A stretch of 64,000 nt of DNA. It comes from Octopus vulgaris. Its lineage: Eukaryota. Of the stretch, positions 1 to 12,575 are shown piece after piece; positions within the stretch are counted from its first letter, which is position 1; each line of letters starts with the position of its first letter. A program made the translations under genes and the position numbers. The stretch spans positions 6,324,001 to 6,388,000 of the forward strand of contig OX597825.1 in assembly GCA_951406725.2 (NCBI GenBank). Direction: 5' to 3'. The notes under the pieces were generated by a model that was given only the letters and a program-made list of their open reading frames with translations, ran no database searches and was not told where the DNA came from.

Positions 1-305
1 ACGACAATTTGCTCATCTTACCTAGAAAACAGGATTAAACCGATGCACAGGGATCCACTATAAGCTCGTAAACTACTCAATCTACAAAACCTATGTAAAC
101 TATTCCATTCAGTCGGGTTTGGTCGTTTTGAATTTAGATTATCGTGATAGATGTTAAGACTCTTTAGATAAAGTTAAATGCGTTTCATCTCGGCCTTAAA
201 ATTTATTATGTGTTTTTTTTAACTGCTGTGTTCGTAGGAAGACACAATGCCCCGTGGCCTTTGAAGGCCTTTCTAGAGATCGATAACACTGACGTAATTA
301 TGTGG

Positions 306-331
306 CATATATAAGTGTGTATGTTTGTATG

Positions 332-365
<34 letters not shown>

Positions 366-662
366 TATATGTATGTATGTGTGTATGTATGTATGTATAT
401 ATGTATGTATATATGTATGTGTGTGTGTATGTATGTATGTATGTACGTATGTATGTATGTATGTATGTATGTATGTATGTATGTATGTATGTGTCTCTTT
501 GTTGTCTGTCTGTTTGTCTGTCTATCTATCTTGGAATCTGTCTGTAAGATTGTATATATATATATATACACACATATATACATTCTTCTATCTATCTATC
601 TATTTACCTACCTACTTACCTACCTACAATCTACCTACCTACATACATATCTACCTACCTGC

Positions 663-756
<94 letters not shown>

Positions 757-815
757 CTCTGTCTATCTATCTATCTCTCTGTCTATCTATCCATCCATCC
801 ATCTCCATATCTATC
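306..815. repeat. compound microsatellite (TATG)n/(TCTG)n/(TACC)n/(TATC)n
   Basis: Tandem 4-mers directly visible; they explain the MYVC/IYLS/HTYI ORFs. Confidence 0.97.
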
Positions 816-1856
816 TACACAGATGCCGTAGTTCGTGCATAGAAAGGTTTCACTAGGTACATTTCCTAACAGTTATCTCCCTTATCACATATCAAGTGTG
901 GGTATGGATCATTCGCACGCACACTTAGAACATACTCTTACTCTCATACACATTCGTGTACGATGATTGGGGAAGATAAAGAGTTGGATGTGTGGAGGAA
1001 TGGAGGAAGGCAGAGAGAACCTTTTAAACCAAACTTCATAAATGACATATTTGAGTAACAAATGTCAAATAAGTGAATCCATTTTGAACACAAATGTCGA
1101 GGATGAATTAAAAACTCTACTTTTTAACTGCATAAAGCGTTTTTTTTTAAAAACGTGACTTTTAGTTTTATTTCAAAGTTTTGTATAATTCCATTGTTTC
1201 AAGAATGTTTCCATAGCAGAGCAACGGGGTGTTTCCATTTAGCTCCCACATCAGTTCTAGAGTGTGTATACAAATTCTACAATAGGTATGTATATCGTTG
1301 ACATTTGATGTGCATCATAAGTTTTTGAGATTAAAAGAGTTTTTGATAATTTTTCTCTCGTTTGTACTCTGGCTGGTTTTGAATTATCGATTATAGTTCA
1401 ACCAACAACGATAACTAAGCTACTCACGCGATGAACAGTGAACATAATAACAGCATCTTCGCAGTTTTAAATAACGACAAGCTATCATCTTAATTGGCAT
1501 ATACATATTTAATCATCGTGTTCTTCAAACAGTTTCTAATGAAATGTCATCCTAATCTCCTTCATTATCCTTCAAGTAGATTCGTCTCATCTATGACCAA
1601 TTTTATAAATAGTAATTCATATTAATTATTGCAATTATTAATCACCACGTTCTTCAAGTGCACTTTTAATAAATCGAATCCATTCAACATTTCCGAGTTT
1701 CGTGGATGAAGAGAAAATATTTGTAAATAACTCATTAGTTTCCTGATCTTAATGTTCTCCGTCTTGTCTGATTCGTCCAAACAATGCACGACACACACGC
1801 ACAAATACAATATATATATGTGTGTTTGAATGTATATATGTATGTATATATGTGTA

Positions 1857-1904
<48 letters not shown>

Positions 1905-1910
<6 letters not shown>

Positions 1911-2180
1911 TTGTTTTTACCTCGCCTCACACACCACAACACACACGCATACGCACACACTCACACACACACACTTGTTGCGTTACCAACCTTGTCTCCA
2001 CTTTTGCCTTTAAACCCACTTTGCTCTTGTTACGTAAACATCCGCTTCACCATGTGCTCCTACACCAGCCGTTTTTTCTCTATCTCCGTGCGCCGGATCT
2101 TTCTTCCTCTTCCTTCTTATGTTTCCGACGAAGAGCTCCGCTCGAAACTCATACCTTCCTGCTTCCATTTCCGAGCGCCT
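1905..2180 (+). mobile_element. Penelope-like terminal (pLTR-type) fragment with hammerhead-like motif
   Basis: Homologous inverted copy at ~46410-46625; contains GTTT-CCGACGA-A-GAGC-TCC-GCTC-GAAAC; flanked by (TA)n. Confidence 0.6.
2121..2154 (+). ncRNA. degenerate minimal type-I hammerhead ribozyme motif
   Basis: Core CCGACGA (U4C variant), extra A, stem II GAGC/GCTC, GAAAC; stem III lacks one G relative to the 46.4 kb copy (GAAACGTC). Confidence 0.5.
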
Positions 2181-2227
2181 ATTAATAATACTGTAATTGT
2201 TCCTGTTGGTTTTTGTTTCGTTTGATT

Positions 2228-2274
<47 letters not shown>

Positions 2275-2332
2275 ATATATATTATATATTATGTATGTAT
2301 GTATGTATGTATGTATGTATGTATGTATGTAT

Positions 2333-2377
<45 letters not shown>

Positions 2378-2378
<1 letters not shown>

Positions 2379-2470
2379 CGGGAAACACGCCACACAGGCT
2401 TCCCGGGCAAAGAATTCGCAAAACCGATTGTATTAGTTGTTGCACAACTTTTACATAAAAAAATATATTA
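2378..2470 (-). mobile_element. short inverted fragment of the Tx1-like 5' UTR seen at 3219 and 4465
   Basis: Reverse complement matches ~3290-3385 (tgtaaaagttgtgcaacaactaat...gtgtggcgtgtttcccg). Confidence 0.8.
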
Positions 2471-2489
2471 CAAATATATGTATGTATAT

Positions 2490-2520
<31 letters not shown>

Positions 2521-2913
2521 TATATATATATATGTATGTGTATATATACTTATATACTTTCATATACACACATATGTACACAGATAGATATACACATATG
2601 CATCTATATATTCTGAATTTTGCATTAAAATGAACGCTTAAAACATTTTAAATCTGTCGGATGATTATTGACATTTTTTAAAACAAATTTTCTCTTCGTT
2701 TATTAAGTCACTCCAGCTTGAAATAATAAAACTTAACAAATTGTGCAGAACTTCAAATAAAAACGATGCAGTCAAACGTCTGTTGTTTGTCAATTTGTTA
2801 TATTACATAATTCAGCCACAGAGACAAATTTCCGCCTCAGCCAAAAATGAGATAATGTCTAATCTTTAACTTATATGACATGTAGGGGCTAATATAGATA
2901 CGTTTACATGGCC

Positions 2914-3218
<305 letters not shown>

Positions 3219-3219
<1 letters not shown>

Positions 3220-3797
3220 ATGGACGGACGACAGTCACATCGGTTCCTGGTAAGTTTGCCTTTTATTGCCTTCAAAAGTTTGTGTATTGTATTATATTTT
3301 TTATGTAAAAGTTGTGCAACAACTAATAGATTCGGTTGTGCTAATTCTTTGCTCGGGAAACCTTCCCTGTGTGGCGTGTTTCCCGATTTTATAAATTTGT
3401 TTTTCGGCTTTCTGAGCGATTTTCTGTTTTGAGCATGGCGACTTCAAGCCATGAAGTCGTCGGCGAAAAGGTCACTAGTCTCCTTGACAACGCTTACGAC
3501 GTTGATTTCCCTACCCTGCCTTCCCCACAGCTTCATGAAGGGGGGAAGGAGGGGGACAAGCAACACAGGTGCAGGTGTGAGCATTGGACGCCGACACCGC
3601 TACCGACACACGAAAAAATTGGAAGCACCCAGACGACAGCTTCACAGTCAACCACTACTACGGACAACTCTGTCACCACCACCACCACCACAACCACCAC
3701 CACCACCACCATCACCACCTGTCTGTCTGTCTGTCTGTGTCTGCCTGCCTGTCTGTCTGTCCGTCCGTCTGTCTGTCTGTCTGTCTATCTTTCTATT

Positions 3798-3850
<53 letters not shown>

Positions 3851-4458
3851 CTATCTGTCTGTCTACCTGTCTACCTGTCTACCTGTCTACCTGTCTACCT
3901 GTCTGTCTGTCTGTCTATCTGTCTGTCTGTCTACCTGTCTGTCTGCCTCTCATCAACTTCTTCAAGTATCACTTGAAAAAGGAAGGTGAGAGTAGAGAGG
4001 TAAGTTTTGTCTAGTGAATGTTTAAGAAAAAAGATGGGTGAATGTAGCAAGGATGGTACGTATGAATGACGAAGCTACCTTGGGCATAATCCTATGAACG
4101 GTAAAAATTTAATACAGAGAGTTACTTATTTGTAAAAAAAAAAATGTAACATGTGACTTCATTGACCGAGGTTTCCGTGGTCTTTTCCGTTGGCTTTTCT
4201 TCCCATGGATAAACCTCACATGTCTTCTCCTTTACACTTTATGCTGACAGTTCTGTGATAACGATCCCTATTGATCGATTTTTTCTTTTTCCTTTTATTT
4301 CTATCCCCCCCCTATTTTTTTGCTTTTGCTTTCCTCTTTCTTTCCTTTTACGATCCCTTTTGATCGAAAACCAACCCCCCTTTTATATCCCCAAAAGAAA
4401 AGCTCTACCTTGTAATTTGTCCCGTCTGTGTGCAGCCCTGTGTAGCTAATAAAGAAAC
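3219..4458 (+). mobile_element. internally deleted Tx1/L1-like non-LTR element (5' UTR and ORF1 start, microsatellite, ORF2 C-terminus, 3' UTR)
   Basis: ATG at ~3435 gives [29 protein letters not shown]; ~3949-4097 reads [10 protein letters not shown](fs)RKVRVER*VLSSECLRKRWVNVARM; 3' UTR ends AATAAAGAAAC at 4448-4458; similar C-terminus and 3' end at 22.8-23.1 kb. Confidence 0.6.
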
Positions 4459-4464
4459 ATATCT

Positions 4465-4965
4465 AATGGACGGACTATAGTCACATCGGCTCGTAGTAAG
4501 TTTGCCTTTTATTGCCTTCAAAAGCGTGAGTATTGTATTATATTTTTTATGTAAAAGTTGTGCAACAACTAATACATTCGGTTGTGCTAATTCTTTGCAC
4601 GGGAAACCTGCCCTGTGTGGCGTGTTTCCCGATTTTGTAAATTTGTTTTTCGGCTTTCTGAGCCATTTCTGTTTTGAGCATGGCGACTTCAAGCCATGAA
4701 GTCGTCGGCGAAAAGGTCACTGGTTTCCTTGACAACGCTTACGACGTTGATTTCCCTACCCTGCCTTCCCCACAACTTCATGAAGGGGGGAAGGAGGGGA
4801 GGAGCCACACAGGTGCAGGTGTGAGCATTGGACGCCGACACCGCCGCCGACACAAAAAATTGGAAGAATCCAGACGACAGCTTCACACTCAACCACTATT
4901 ACGGACAACTCTGCCACAAACATCACCACCACCACCACCACCACCACCGCCGCCGCCGCCACCAC
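4465..4965 (+). mobile_element. second tandem copy of the Tx1-like 5' end
   Basis: ~500 bp direct repeat of 3219-3718, highly similar by eye, also ending in a (CAC)n tract. Confidence 0.8.
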
Positions 4966-4974
4966 TTGCCTCTG

Positions 4975-5230
4975 AGACATCATGGTTGCAAAAGCTATTT
5001 ACAATGCTATCCGCAGGAAAGATAGCCCTGATGTATATATGAAAGGCATGTCAGAACCAGCATGTATTCACGCTTAAAAAAATACCAGTCGAATATCTAA
5101 AAAAAGAGCAGTTCGGTGCAGGCATAATATACCTAGAGTTGCTCTGTGTGAAGGTGAACAGAAGTCATGCACTGGTGTACAAATTTGAAGTCTTCTTTGA
5201 ATAGTCAGATGTCAGATTACCTGGAAAGAA
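4975..5230 (+). pseudogene. RLE-type LINE remnant
   Basis: Reads MVAKAIYNAIRRKD...VRCRHNIP, resembling the RHDxVA and PD motifs; frameshifted. Confidence 0.35.
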
Positions 5231-5418
5231 ACAGGTTATTAATAAGTAGAATTGAAATTAATATATGCAACACTTGACAACTCTAGCACCACTCCTTGAT
5301 AGTCAGCCTATGCACTTTTCAGCCCCCCTTGCACGTATTCATAACATCTCAAGATTTACAGGAAAAATACATTTATACACGAATTTATGAATTTAGAACC
5401 CTATCGATCAAGTTTGGC

Positions 5419-5473
<55 letters not shown>

Positions 5474-5507
5474 CAGAGTGACTTGATCTGAAATCGTGTG
5501 CTGAGAC

Positions 5508-5760
5508 AAAAACAATTGCAGCGTGAAAGATGCTTGTAAGCCGTTTAAGAATACAGAAAAAAACTGTTAGATTCACTTCAGCATTTAAATTTAATTTGCG
5601 TCAAAATATTTTCGTCGCTTTGAAACCGCAGCCTGTTCACTGACAAAACTTCGAAAATATTTTGACGCAAATTAAATTTAAATATCGAAGCGAATCTATC
5701 GTTTTTTTGTGTGTATTTTTAGACGGCTTAGAAACATCTCCCACGCTGCAATTGCTTTTT
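5508..5760. repeat. foldback (inverted duplication) of a Penelope-like terminus
   Basis: Perfect 32-bp IR atttaaatttaatttgcgtcaaaatattttcg (5583-5614) / 5651-5682, with imperfect arms extending to 5508 and 5760. Confidence 0.85.
5600..5644 (-). ncRNA. minimal hammerhead ribozyme motif with G3:C8 covariant core
   Basis: Minus strand GUCA-GUGAACA-G-GCUGC-GGUUUCAAA-GCGAC-GAA-AAUAUU-U-UGAC: stem I GUCA/UGAC, palindromic stem III, one mismatch in stem II. Confidence 0.5.
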
Positions 5761-5761
5761 T

Positions 5762-5801
<40 letters not shown>

Positions 5802-5804
5802 ACT

Positions 5805-6027
5805 ACTCGAGTAGTCCAAATTTATAAATATAAATACACACGTATGTGCACTTCCGTACAAAATATATACACTCACGCACTGTAGCACACATATACCTCC
5901 CCACACGCACTCACTCATACACACACACATATATAATACTTACACACATCTACACACATCCACACATGTATATATGCATGTGCACGTATGTGTGAATTTA
6001 TATTTATAAATTTGGAAGTACTCGAGT
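5805..6027. mobile_element. MITE-like foldback element with ~47-bp terminal inverted repeats
   Basis: actcgagtagtccaaatttataaatataaat... versus ...atttatatttataaatttggaagtactcgagt. Confidence 0.65.
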
Positions 6028-7226
6028 GTTCTCACATAAAATGATTTAGAAATTAATCAATTTGTAGTAAACGCATTTCATTACAAAGATACCAAGATCA
6101 ATGGAAAGGAAACTGCAATTATGATTTTTCTATAAGTTACCTCCCACGATCTGTATATTTATCGCCAAATTCCTTACAGTCTCGTGTAACTTCGTTTATT
6201 CTCATCCAAGATGGAGACATCTCCAACGTTTCCATGTGACTACAATGTTTTCACGTGGTTACGACGTTCCCATGTCGATAATTGTTGAGATATTTCTCTG
6301 TAATGAAACCATTGGTAGCCTTATGAACCCACAAATAAAGAATATTTATCCACGAATGCGGTGTTGAATACTCATGCTTGGTGTTAAATATTAGCGTGTA
6401 TATATATATATATATATAACAGAAAAAATTGGTTTTAGGTGTGAAATTACAACTGGGTTTGAAAAGGAACTTTAGTTTTTTTTAATTTCCTAAATTTCCG
6501 GTTTTAACTTTTTTGCTTTCAATGCCAAATTAAAAATAAGAAAACACGATTAATATTCAAAAGAAAGAAAAGGAACAAGAAAATATTTCAAAGCAATAAA
6601 ACATGCTCAAAAAAAGAAAAAAAAAATCAAATTTCCAACGGATTTCATAGCAAAATTACATGATAAATAGTCAAGTGTTCAATAAGCTACACAATGATAG
6701 AAATGGTAAAAGTTCAAAAGTATAAATATCAAGGCAATAATAGATGATAGAAATTTAAAGTTCAATAAGTTTCGTAGTCATAAATTATGTTAGCAGTTAG
6801 GCATTATGAAGATTTTAAAGTATAAGAGCAATTTTTTTTTACCAGTATTGTCGTGTGGCATAAAGTAGAATAGTTTGCTGTTTGCTTTGCTTGTGCGAAT
6901 GTGGAAGTTGAACAATGTTCTAAGCTGATATCGCCTTGTTTATGTTGGTCTTAAGAAATCTGTTCATGTCCAGATTGGCTATTTATTCAAAGACGTCATT
7001 TGTTTTATGCCACCTGTGACCCAGAGAGTTGGTTGGGTGACTGCCTTGGCACTTCATTTGTTAACCATACGTTCTGGTTACTTCTCATTGCTCGTAAATA
7101 ATCCACCGTTCTGGTTTGGCTGACCGCTTTGTTTATCAAGTGTCCTGGTCATGTGTTCTTGTCTGACATTAGTCTAGCGTTCCAGTTGGTCGATTCCCTT
7201 ATGCTTGTCACTCGTCTTCCTGATGT

Positions 7227-7358
7227 CGCCGAGGTTGACTTTACTTTTCATCCTTTCGGGGTTGATAAATTAAGTACCAGTTGCGTACTGGGGTCGATCT
7301 AATCGACTGGCCCCCTCCCTCAAAATTTCGGGCCCTGTGCCTAGAGCAGAAAAGAATA
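7227..7358 (+). mobile_element. SINE family B, 5'-truncated
   Basis: Shared core cgccgaggttgacttt..catcctttcggggttgataaattaagtacca. Confidence 0.85.
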
Positions 7359-7798
7359 CTTTACGTTATATCTCAACACACACCTCCAGATATAACACAT
7401 ACATCATCCATCAGATGTGAGTGTTTATAGCTAGATCTATATGACACTCACACCATTGAAGTTCCAATGGCTTTTTATCCTTGATGTTAGGGAAGCAAAT
7501 AAATCGGCGTTGCTGTTATTCCATTGCAGTAGTTTGACGGCATCTTAATTTCACTGTTATTTGGAATAAGATTGCAGTCTACACTACATTCACTATCCGT
7601 AGCAAACTTGCTGAAGATATCTGGTTTGGTTTTTGATTGGTCGAATTTACTGCAGTTTAACAATGTTTCGCTTGTTCTCATTTTTTTCTTGAAACCGTTC
7701 GTTTATATGTCTCTGCTTATTGCCAACTAAACTATCGATCTGTTTATTTCAAAGATGTTGATGTTTTTATTTTTTGTCACTAAATATTTTTAATAAAT

Positions 7799-8650
7799 GG
7801 TTTATTGTTCTGCTCTTTCATTGGCTGGCTTTACTAAAAGAGATTAATTACTATATAACTGCGGAAACTGCAGAGACCTTGTTTTTTGGTTTTTCTAAAA
7901 CTATCCTTATATGTAGAATTTCTCATTGAACAATTCATCAGTCGTTCCCTTTATTCTCAGGTGTATTTAAAAAAATTCTTTACAACTTATTTCTTCTTTA
8001 GTTTATTTATTGTCTCTCTTTCAGCAATGAATATCTGGGCAGTTGTGGTGGTCAGATATAGTGCGTCCATCCTGAAATGGACTAAGGAGGAAATATCAAC
8101 ACCGGATAGAAGGACGAGAAAGTTGATGACGCTGCAGGGGACACTAAACCCTAAATATTCTTAATAAATCGTTTATCGAACGTTTCATCTTTACTCTGGA
8201 TGCTGGCTTTGCTGGGTGGAGGTGCTTATCTCCCCTTTGGAAACATAAGGACACAGGAAATGTGTCAAGGCCAACAGGAAACGGTGTTTCCTAGGGCTAA
8301 AGGACAGTAGCATTCTTCCCTTTCATGGGACTGTCACAATAAGTTGACAACATACCATCACTTTATTGTGCTGCCACTGTATAAATCTCTCTGAGAGATT
8401 TAGAAACGTATTATTTCTAAAATCGTTTATTGTTCTGCTCTTTCATTGGCTGGTTTTACTAAAAGAGATTAATTACTATATAGCTGCGGAAACCGCGGAG
8501 ACCTTGTTTTTTGGTTTTTCTAAAACTATCCTTATATGTAGAATTTCTCATTGAACAATTCATCCGTCTCTTGATGAATTCACCTTTATTCTCAGGTGAA
8601 TTTTAAAAAATTTCTTTACAACTTATTTCTTCTTTAGTTTATTTATTGTT
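7799..8650 (+). repeat. local ~215-bp direct duplication (7799-8012 / 8424-8650)
   Basis: Near-identical text ttgttctgctctttcattggctgg...ctttagtttatttattgt occurs twice. Confidence 0.9.
8024..8150 (+). pseudogene. R4/Dong-type RT fragment nearly identical to 10927-11043
   Basis: MNIWAVVVVRYSASILKWTKEEISTPDRRTRKLMTL. Confidence 0.8.
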
Positions 8651-9098
8651 CTCTATATTCCTTCTAATACGCCATTTGTATCCTGCATCGCAGAAGTTGT
8701 CTCTTTTTCAGCTGTTATTTATATCTCAAGTTCCTAAATAGAATTTTGCAATATTCATTAGTTGCTTTATTTCAAGTTATCCGTATTATTTTATATGTTC
8801 TTCTACTGCATATGACACATGCCCATGAGTTTAGTTATGTAAGTAGCAATAGTTTTATAACCTACTTTATATTATTTTCGGTTGCGTTAAATATTTGCTT
8901 CGGTAGAGACCTTGCGTTTTAGAAACGAATGTTAACCGAATATATTCTATCAATTTGGCCTTGAACATTTCACTTGATAGCCTTTTATGATTTGCCGCTT
9001 TGTCACTCTGGCAACACTGTTTTATTGCAGGCTACGTCATTGTGTAGGCAGTTAAGATACACATACATATTTATGATTATAATATAACATAAAATAAC

Positions 9099-9169
<71 letters not shown>

Positions 9170-9173
<4 letters not shown>

Positions 9174-9358
9174 AGAGTTTAGGAAAAAAACAAAAGACAA
9201 AGACAGGTGGTGTACAAAACAAACATAGGTATTAGTATAACGCTCAGGAATAGAAAAAGTCTTTTACGTTTCGAGCCTACGCTCTTCTACAGAAAGGGAC
9301 ACAGAAAAAACAAGGAGAGAAAAAAATGTGTGCAGTGGCTAACGATCTATCATGGCGA
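9170..9358 (-). mobile_element. Penelope-like terminal fragment with hammerhead-like motif (9261-9296)
   Basis: Minus strand CUUU-CUGUAGA-A-GAGC-GUAG-GCUC-GAA-ACGU-A-AAAG; embedded between (TA)n tracts. Confidence 0.55.
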
Positions 9359-9365
9359 TATATAC

Positions 9366-9457
<92 letters not shown>

Positions 9458-9460
9458 ATA

Positions 9461-9546
<86 letters not shown>

Positions 9547-9560
9547 CATACATACATACA

Positions 9561-9596
<36 letters not shown>
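9359..9596. repeat. (TA)n/(TACA)n microsatellite
   Basis: Directly visible. Confidence 0.97.
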
Positions 9597-9597
<1 letters not shown>

Positions 9598-10386
9598 ATG
9601 TACGTGCCTATTTCATATATGGATATTGTGAATGTATAATATATTTTTTATACAATTTTATATTTGAACATGTACATGTGGACAAATATGTGTGCATACA
9701 AGATATATTTTGTGAAACGATGTTGTTTTCTGCAGTGTTACTATCAAACTCTTCTTGCATCAATGCATAAAACAACACAACATGAAGCAACTCTATTTTA
9801 TTAAGTCTGAATTTTATAAGAAAGTCTGCGTTTGATTTACATCCATACAACCACAGTGTGTTGAAGCGAACACCAATTAATCAGGCATTTTCTTATAAAT
9901 TAGGCAATGATCTAATTAAAACAAAGTAAATATTAGCCTAAACACACACACACACGCGCGCACAAACACAGGCACTACACACACAAACACACACGCAACA
10001 TAATCTTAGAAAATTAAACATAAAAACGGCTAATGACTCTGAGTTTAATTAGATGTTATCTATTAGAATTTCCGGTGAGTGAAGCCATAGAAGGATCACT
10101 TCCTTTCTGTCTTGGGTCTTTGGAATTGAAGTAGCGAAAGAGTGGAATAAACAAGAAATTTCAAAATGACAACATTGATGTTTGGATCTTTTTAAAGAAT
10201 TTCCTGAGAAATTATATACTGACTGAAGAGGTTTTATTAGTGTTTATTGTGTCAGTTCCATCTACGAGCAAAGCGAAGTAGCATTTTGAAATAAAATTTA
10301 GGTGTTCGGTTTGGATAAAAGGTAAGGAAGAGGAAGAGTGGTCAACTGAAGGACCCATTGTCAAGAAGAGCATCACTGCAAATGGA

Positions 10387-10503
10387 TTCTTCTTCTTCTT
10401 CTTCTTCTTCTTCTTCTTCTTCTTCTTCTTCTTCTTCTTCTTCTTCTTCTTCTTCTTCTTCTTCTTCTTCTTCTTCTTCTTCTTCTTCTTCTTCTTCTTC
10501 TTC
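10387..10503. repeat. (TTC)n microsatellite
   Basis: Pure trinucleotide tract. Confidence 0.98.
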
Positions 10504-10569
10504 GTATCATTAATGATAACAACAACAACAACAACAATAGTGATGGGCCTTCTTTTTTATTATTATTAA

Positions 10570-11055
10570 GAAAGGCCCATCATTGAACCATCTTCTGTTT
10601 ATGGATAACCTGAAATTGTTTGGGAAATCTAAAAAAAGAAGATATTCCTTAACCAAAACAGTCCAGAAGTGTGGTAGGGACATCGGTATGGAATTTGGGA
10701 CCACCAAATGCTCAGTAATTAATATGAAAGGAGGGTAAAAAGCAGTCTGCAGAGGATTGCGGTTACCATCAGGAGAGACCATGGGTGAACCCGACGGTAG
10801 TGGGTATAGATATTTTGGGATTTTGGAGCTGGATGACATTCTACACAAAGAAATGAAAGTTAAGGTCAGCGAGGCATACCAAAAAGCAGTGAAGATGGTG
10901 AACCTGAATGCCGAAAACTGATTACTGCAATGAATATCTGGGCAGTTGCGGTGGTCAAATGTAATGCGTCCATCCTGAAATGGACTAAGGAAGAAATATC
11001 AACACTGGATAGAAGGACGAGAAAGTTGATGACGCTGCATGGGCCCCTGTTAAAA
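10570..11055 (+). pseudogene. R4/Dong-clade LINE reverse transcriptase relic
   Basis: LNHLLFMDNLKLFGK...DIGMEFGTTKC...YRYFGILE...MNIWAVAVV; stops and frameshifts. Confidence 0.8.
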
Positions 11056-11099
11056 CCAAACTCTGGAAGTGGAGTTATTCATAACCAGCTAAATATCTT

Positions 11100-11405
11100 A
11101 GAAGAAACCTTTGTATTCGCTAGCCAACGAAGAGCAGCAACACGGATCTGATTATAAGAACCCGAACAAGAGATAATGGAGAGGTTAGGATGGATTGGGT
11201 ACTCACTATAGAAATCAATAACGAGTTCTATCAGAAAGACCTTTCAATGGAACAGCTCAGGAAAATAGCAGTCTGATAAGTATTAGATGTGGATGACACT
11301 ATAGACCAATATGAAGGTTACCAGAAACACCTGGAGTGAAATCAAAAAGCATGGTTCAAGACAGGAAAAGATTAAGAATTATTGTCCATGATCTAAATCT
11401 CAACT
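11100..11405 (+). pseudogene. RTE-clade LINE 3' remnant
   Basis: Decayed GWIGYSL...FQWNSSGK...TWSEIK...VQDRKRLRIIVHDL pattern. Confidence 0.45.
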
Positions 11406-11991
11406 AGACAACACACAAATATAAAATCGTGATAACTTGTGGAGGGTGTAGCTGTTCTGTGAAACTGATATTCACATAAGATTTGTTGAGTAAATAAGAG
11501 AATTAGATGTCGTTGTATTGAATCCTGTTATTCTCTGCCCTCCAGACGAAGAACTTTCCTGTATTTCAATCTACGAGTAAATTGAGTTGCTAAGAATATG
11601 GAATTCATTTCAGATATTCCACAATGCGTTTTTACTGATATCATGTTGACACAACTGCATTGATGTTTAGCAAATATTAGTCTGTAAAGAATGCGGAAGG
11701 GTATTCCAAAAATAACAACTTCAAACCTTTTAACTGTGTCTGATGATCAAATGCAGGGAAAGTCTGTTAAAAGATTCAATTTGGAGATTTGAAAGTTATC
11801 AAAGTTTAGTTACATTGCTTGAAAGTGATAAAGTGAAGGGAAAAGTTTCCAATGAGTTTAACAGGCTTTTGTGGCTATAGCAGAGGTTTTGGTTGAGAAG
11901 ATTGACAGAGAAACGGGAATGTAACAGAGAAGAGTGTTCTGCTTGTTTTTGCTTGTAAGAAGGATTAGCTGCGGGAAGGGAAAATCAAATA

Positions 11992-12575
11992 ATCTTTTTT
12001 ACTCTAGGCACAAGGCTCGAAATTTTGGGGAAGGGGCCAGTCGATTAGATCGCCCCAGTACGCAACTGGTACTTAATTTATCGACCCCGAAAGGATGAAA
12101 GGCAAAGTCGACCTCGGCGGTATTTGAACTCAGAAAGTAAAGACGGACAAAATACCGCTAAGCATATCGCCTGGCGTGCTAACGTTTCTTATTTCTTTAC
12201 TGCCCACAGGGGGCTAAACATAGAGGGGACAAACAAGTACATACAAAGAGATTAAGTCAATTACATCGACCCCAGTGCGTAACTGGTACTTAATTTATCG
12301 ACTCCGAAAGGATGAAAGGGAAAGTCGACCTCAGCGGAATTTGAACTCAGAACATAAAGACAGACAAAATACCTATTTCTTTACTACCCACAAGGGGCTA
12401 AACACAGAGACAAGCAAGGACAGACAAATGGAATAAGTCGATTACTTCGACCCCAGTGCGTAACTGGTACTTATTTAATCGACCCCGAAAGGATGAAACT
12501 CAGAACGTAACGGCAGACGAAATACCGCTAAGCATATCGCCTGGCTTGCTAACGTTTCGGCCAGCTCACCGCCTT
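11992..12575 (-). mobile_element. SINE family B trimer within one TSD pair
   Basis: Three head-to-tail core units; flanking gggaaaatcaaata (11978-11991) / gggaagatcaaata (12576-12589). Confidence 0.85.

Noticed and set aside
206-842. Long ORFs of YI/MYVC/HT/IYLS repeats here and throughout the window
   Set aside because: Translations of stop-free microsatellites; no coding evidence
6900-7700. Possible LINE RT remnant around the SINE at 7227; similar case at 41.3-41.9 kb
   Set aside because: No convincing motif could be read
11992-12575. Tandem repeats resembling a CRISPR array
   Set aside because: Units are ~170-200-bp SINE copies with no unique spacers and no cas genes; eukaryotic context
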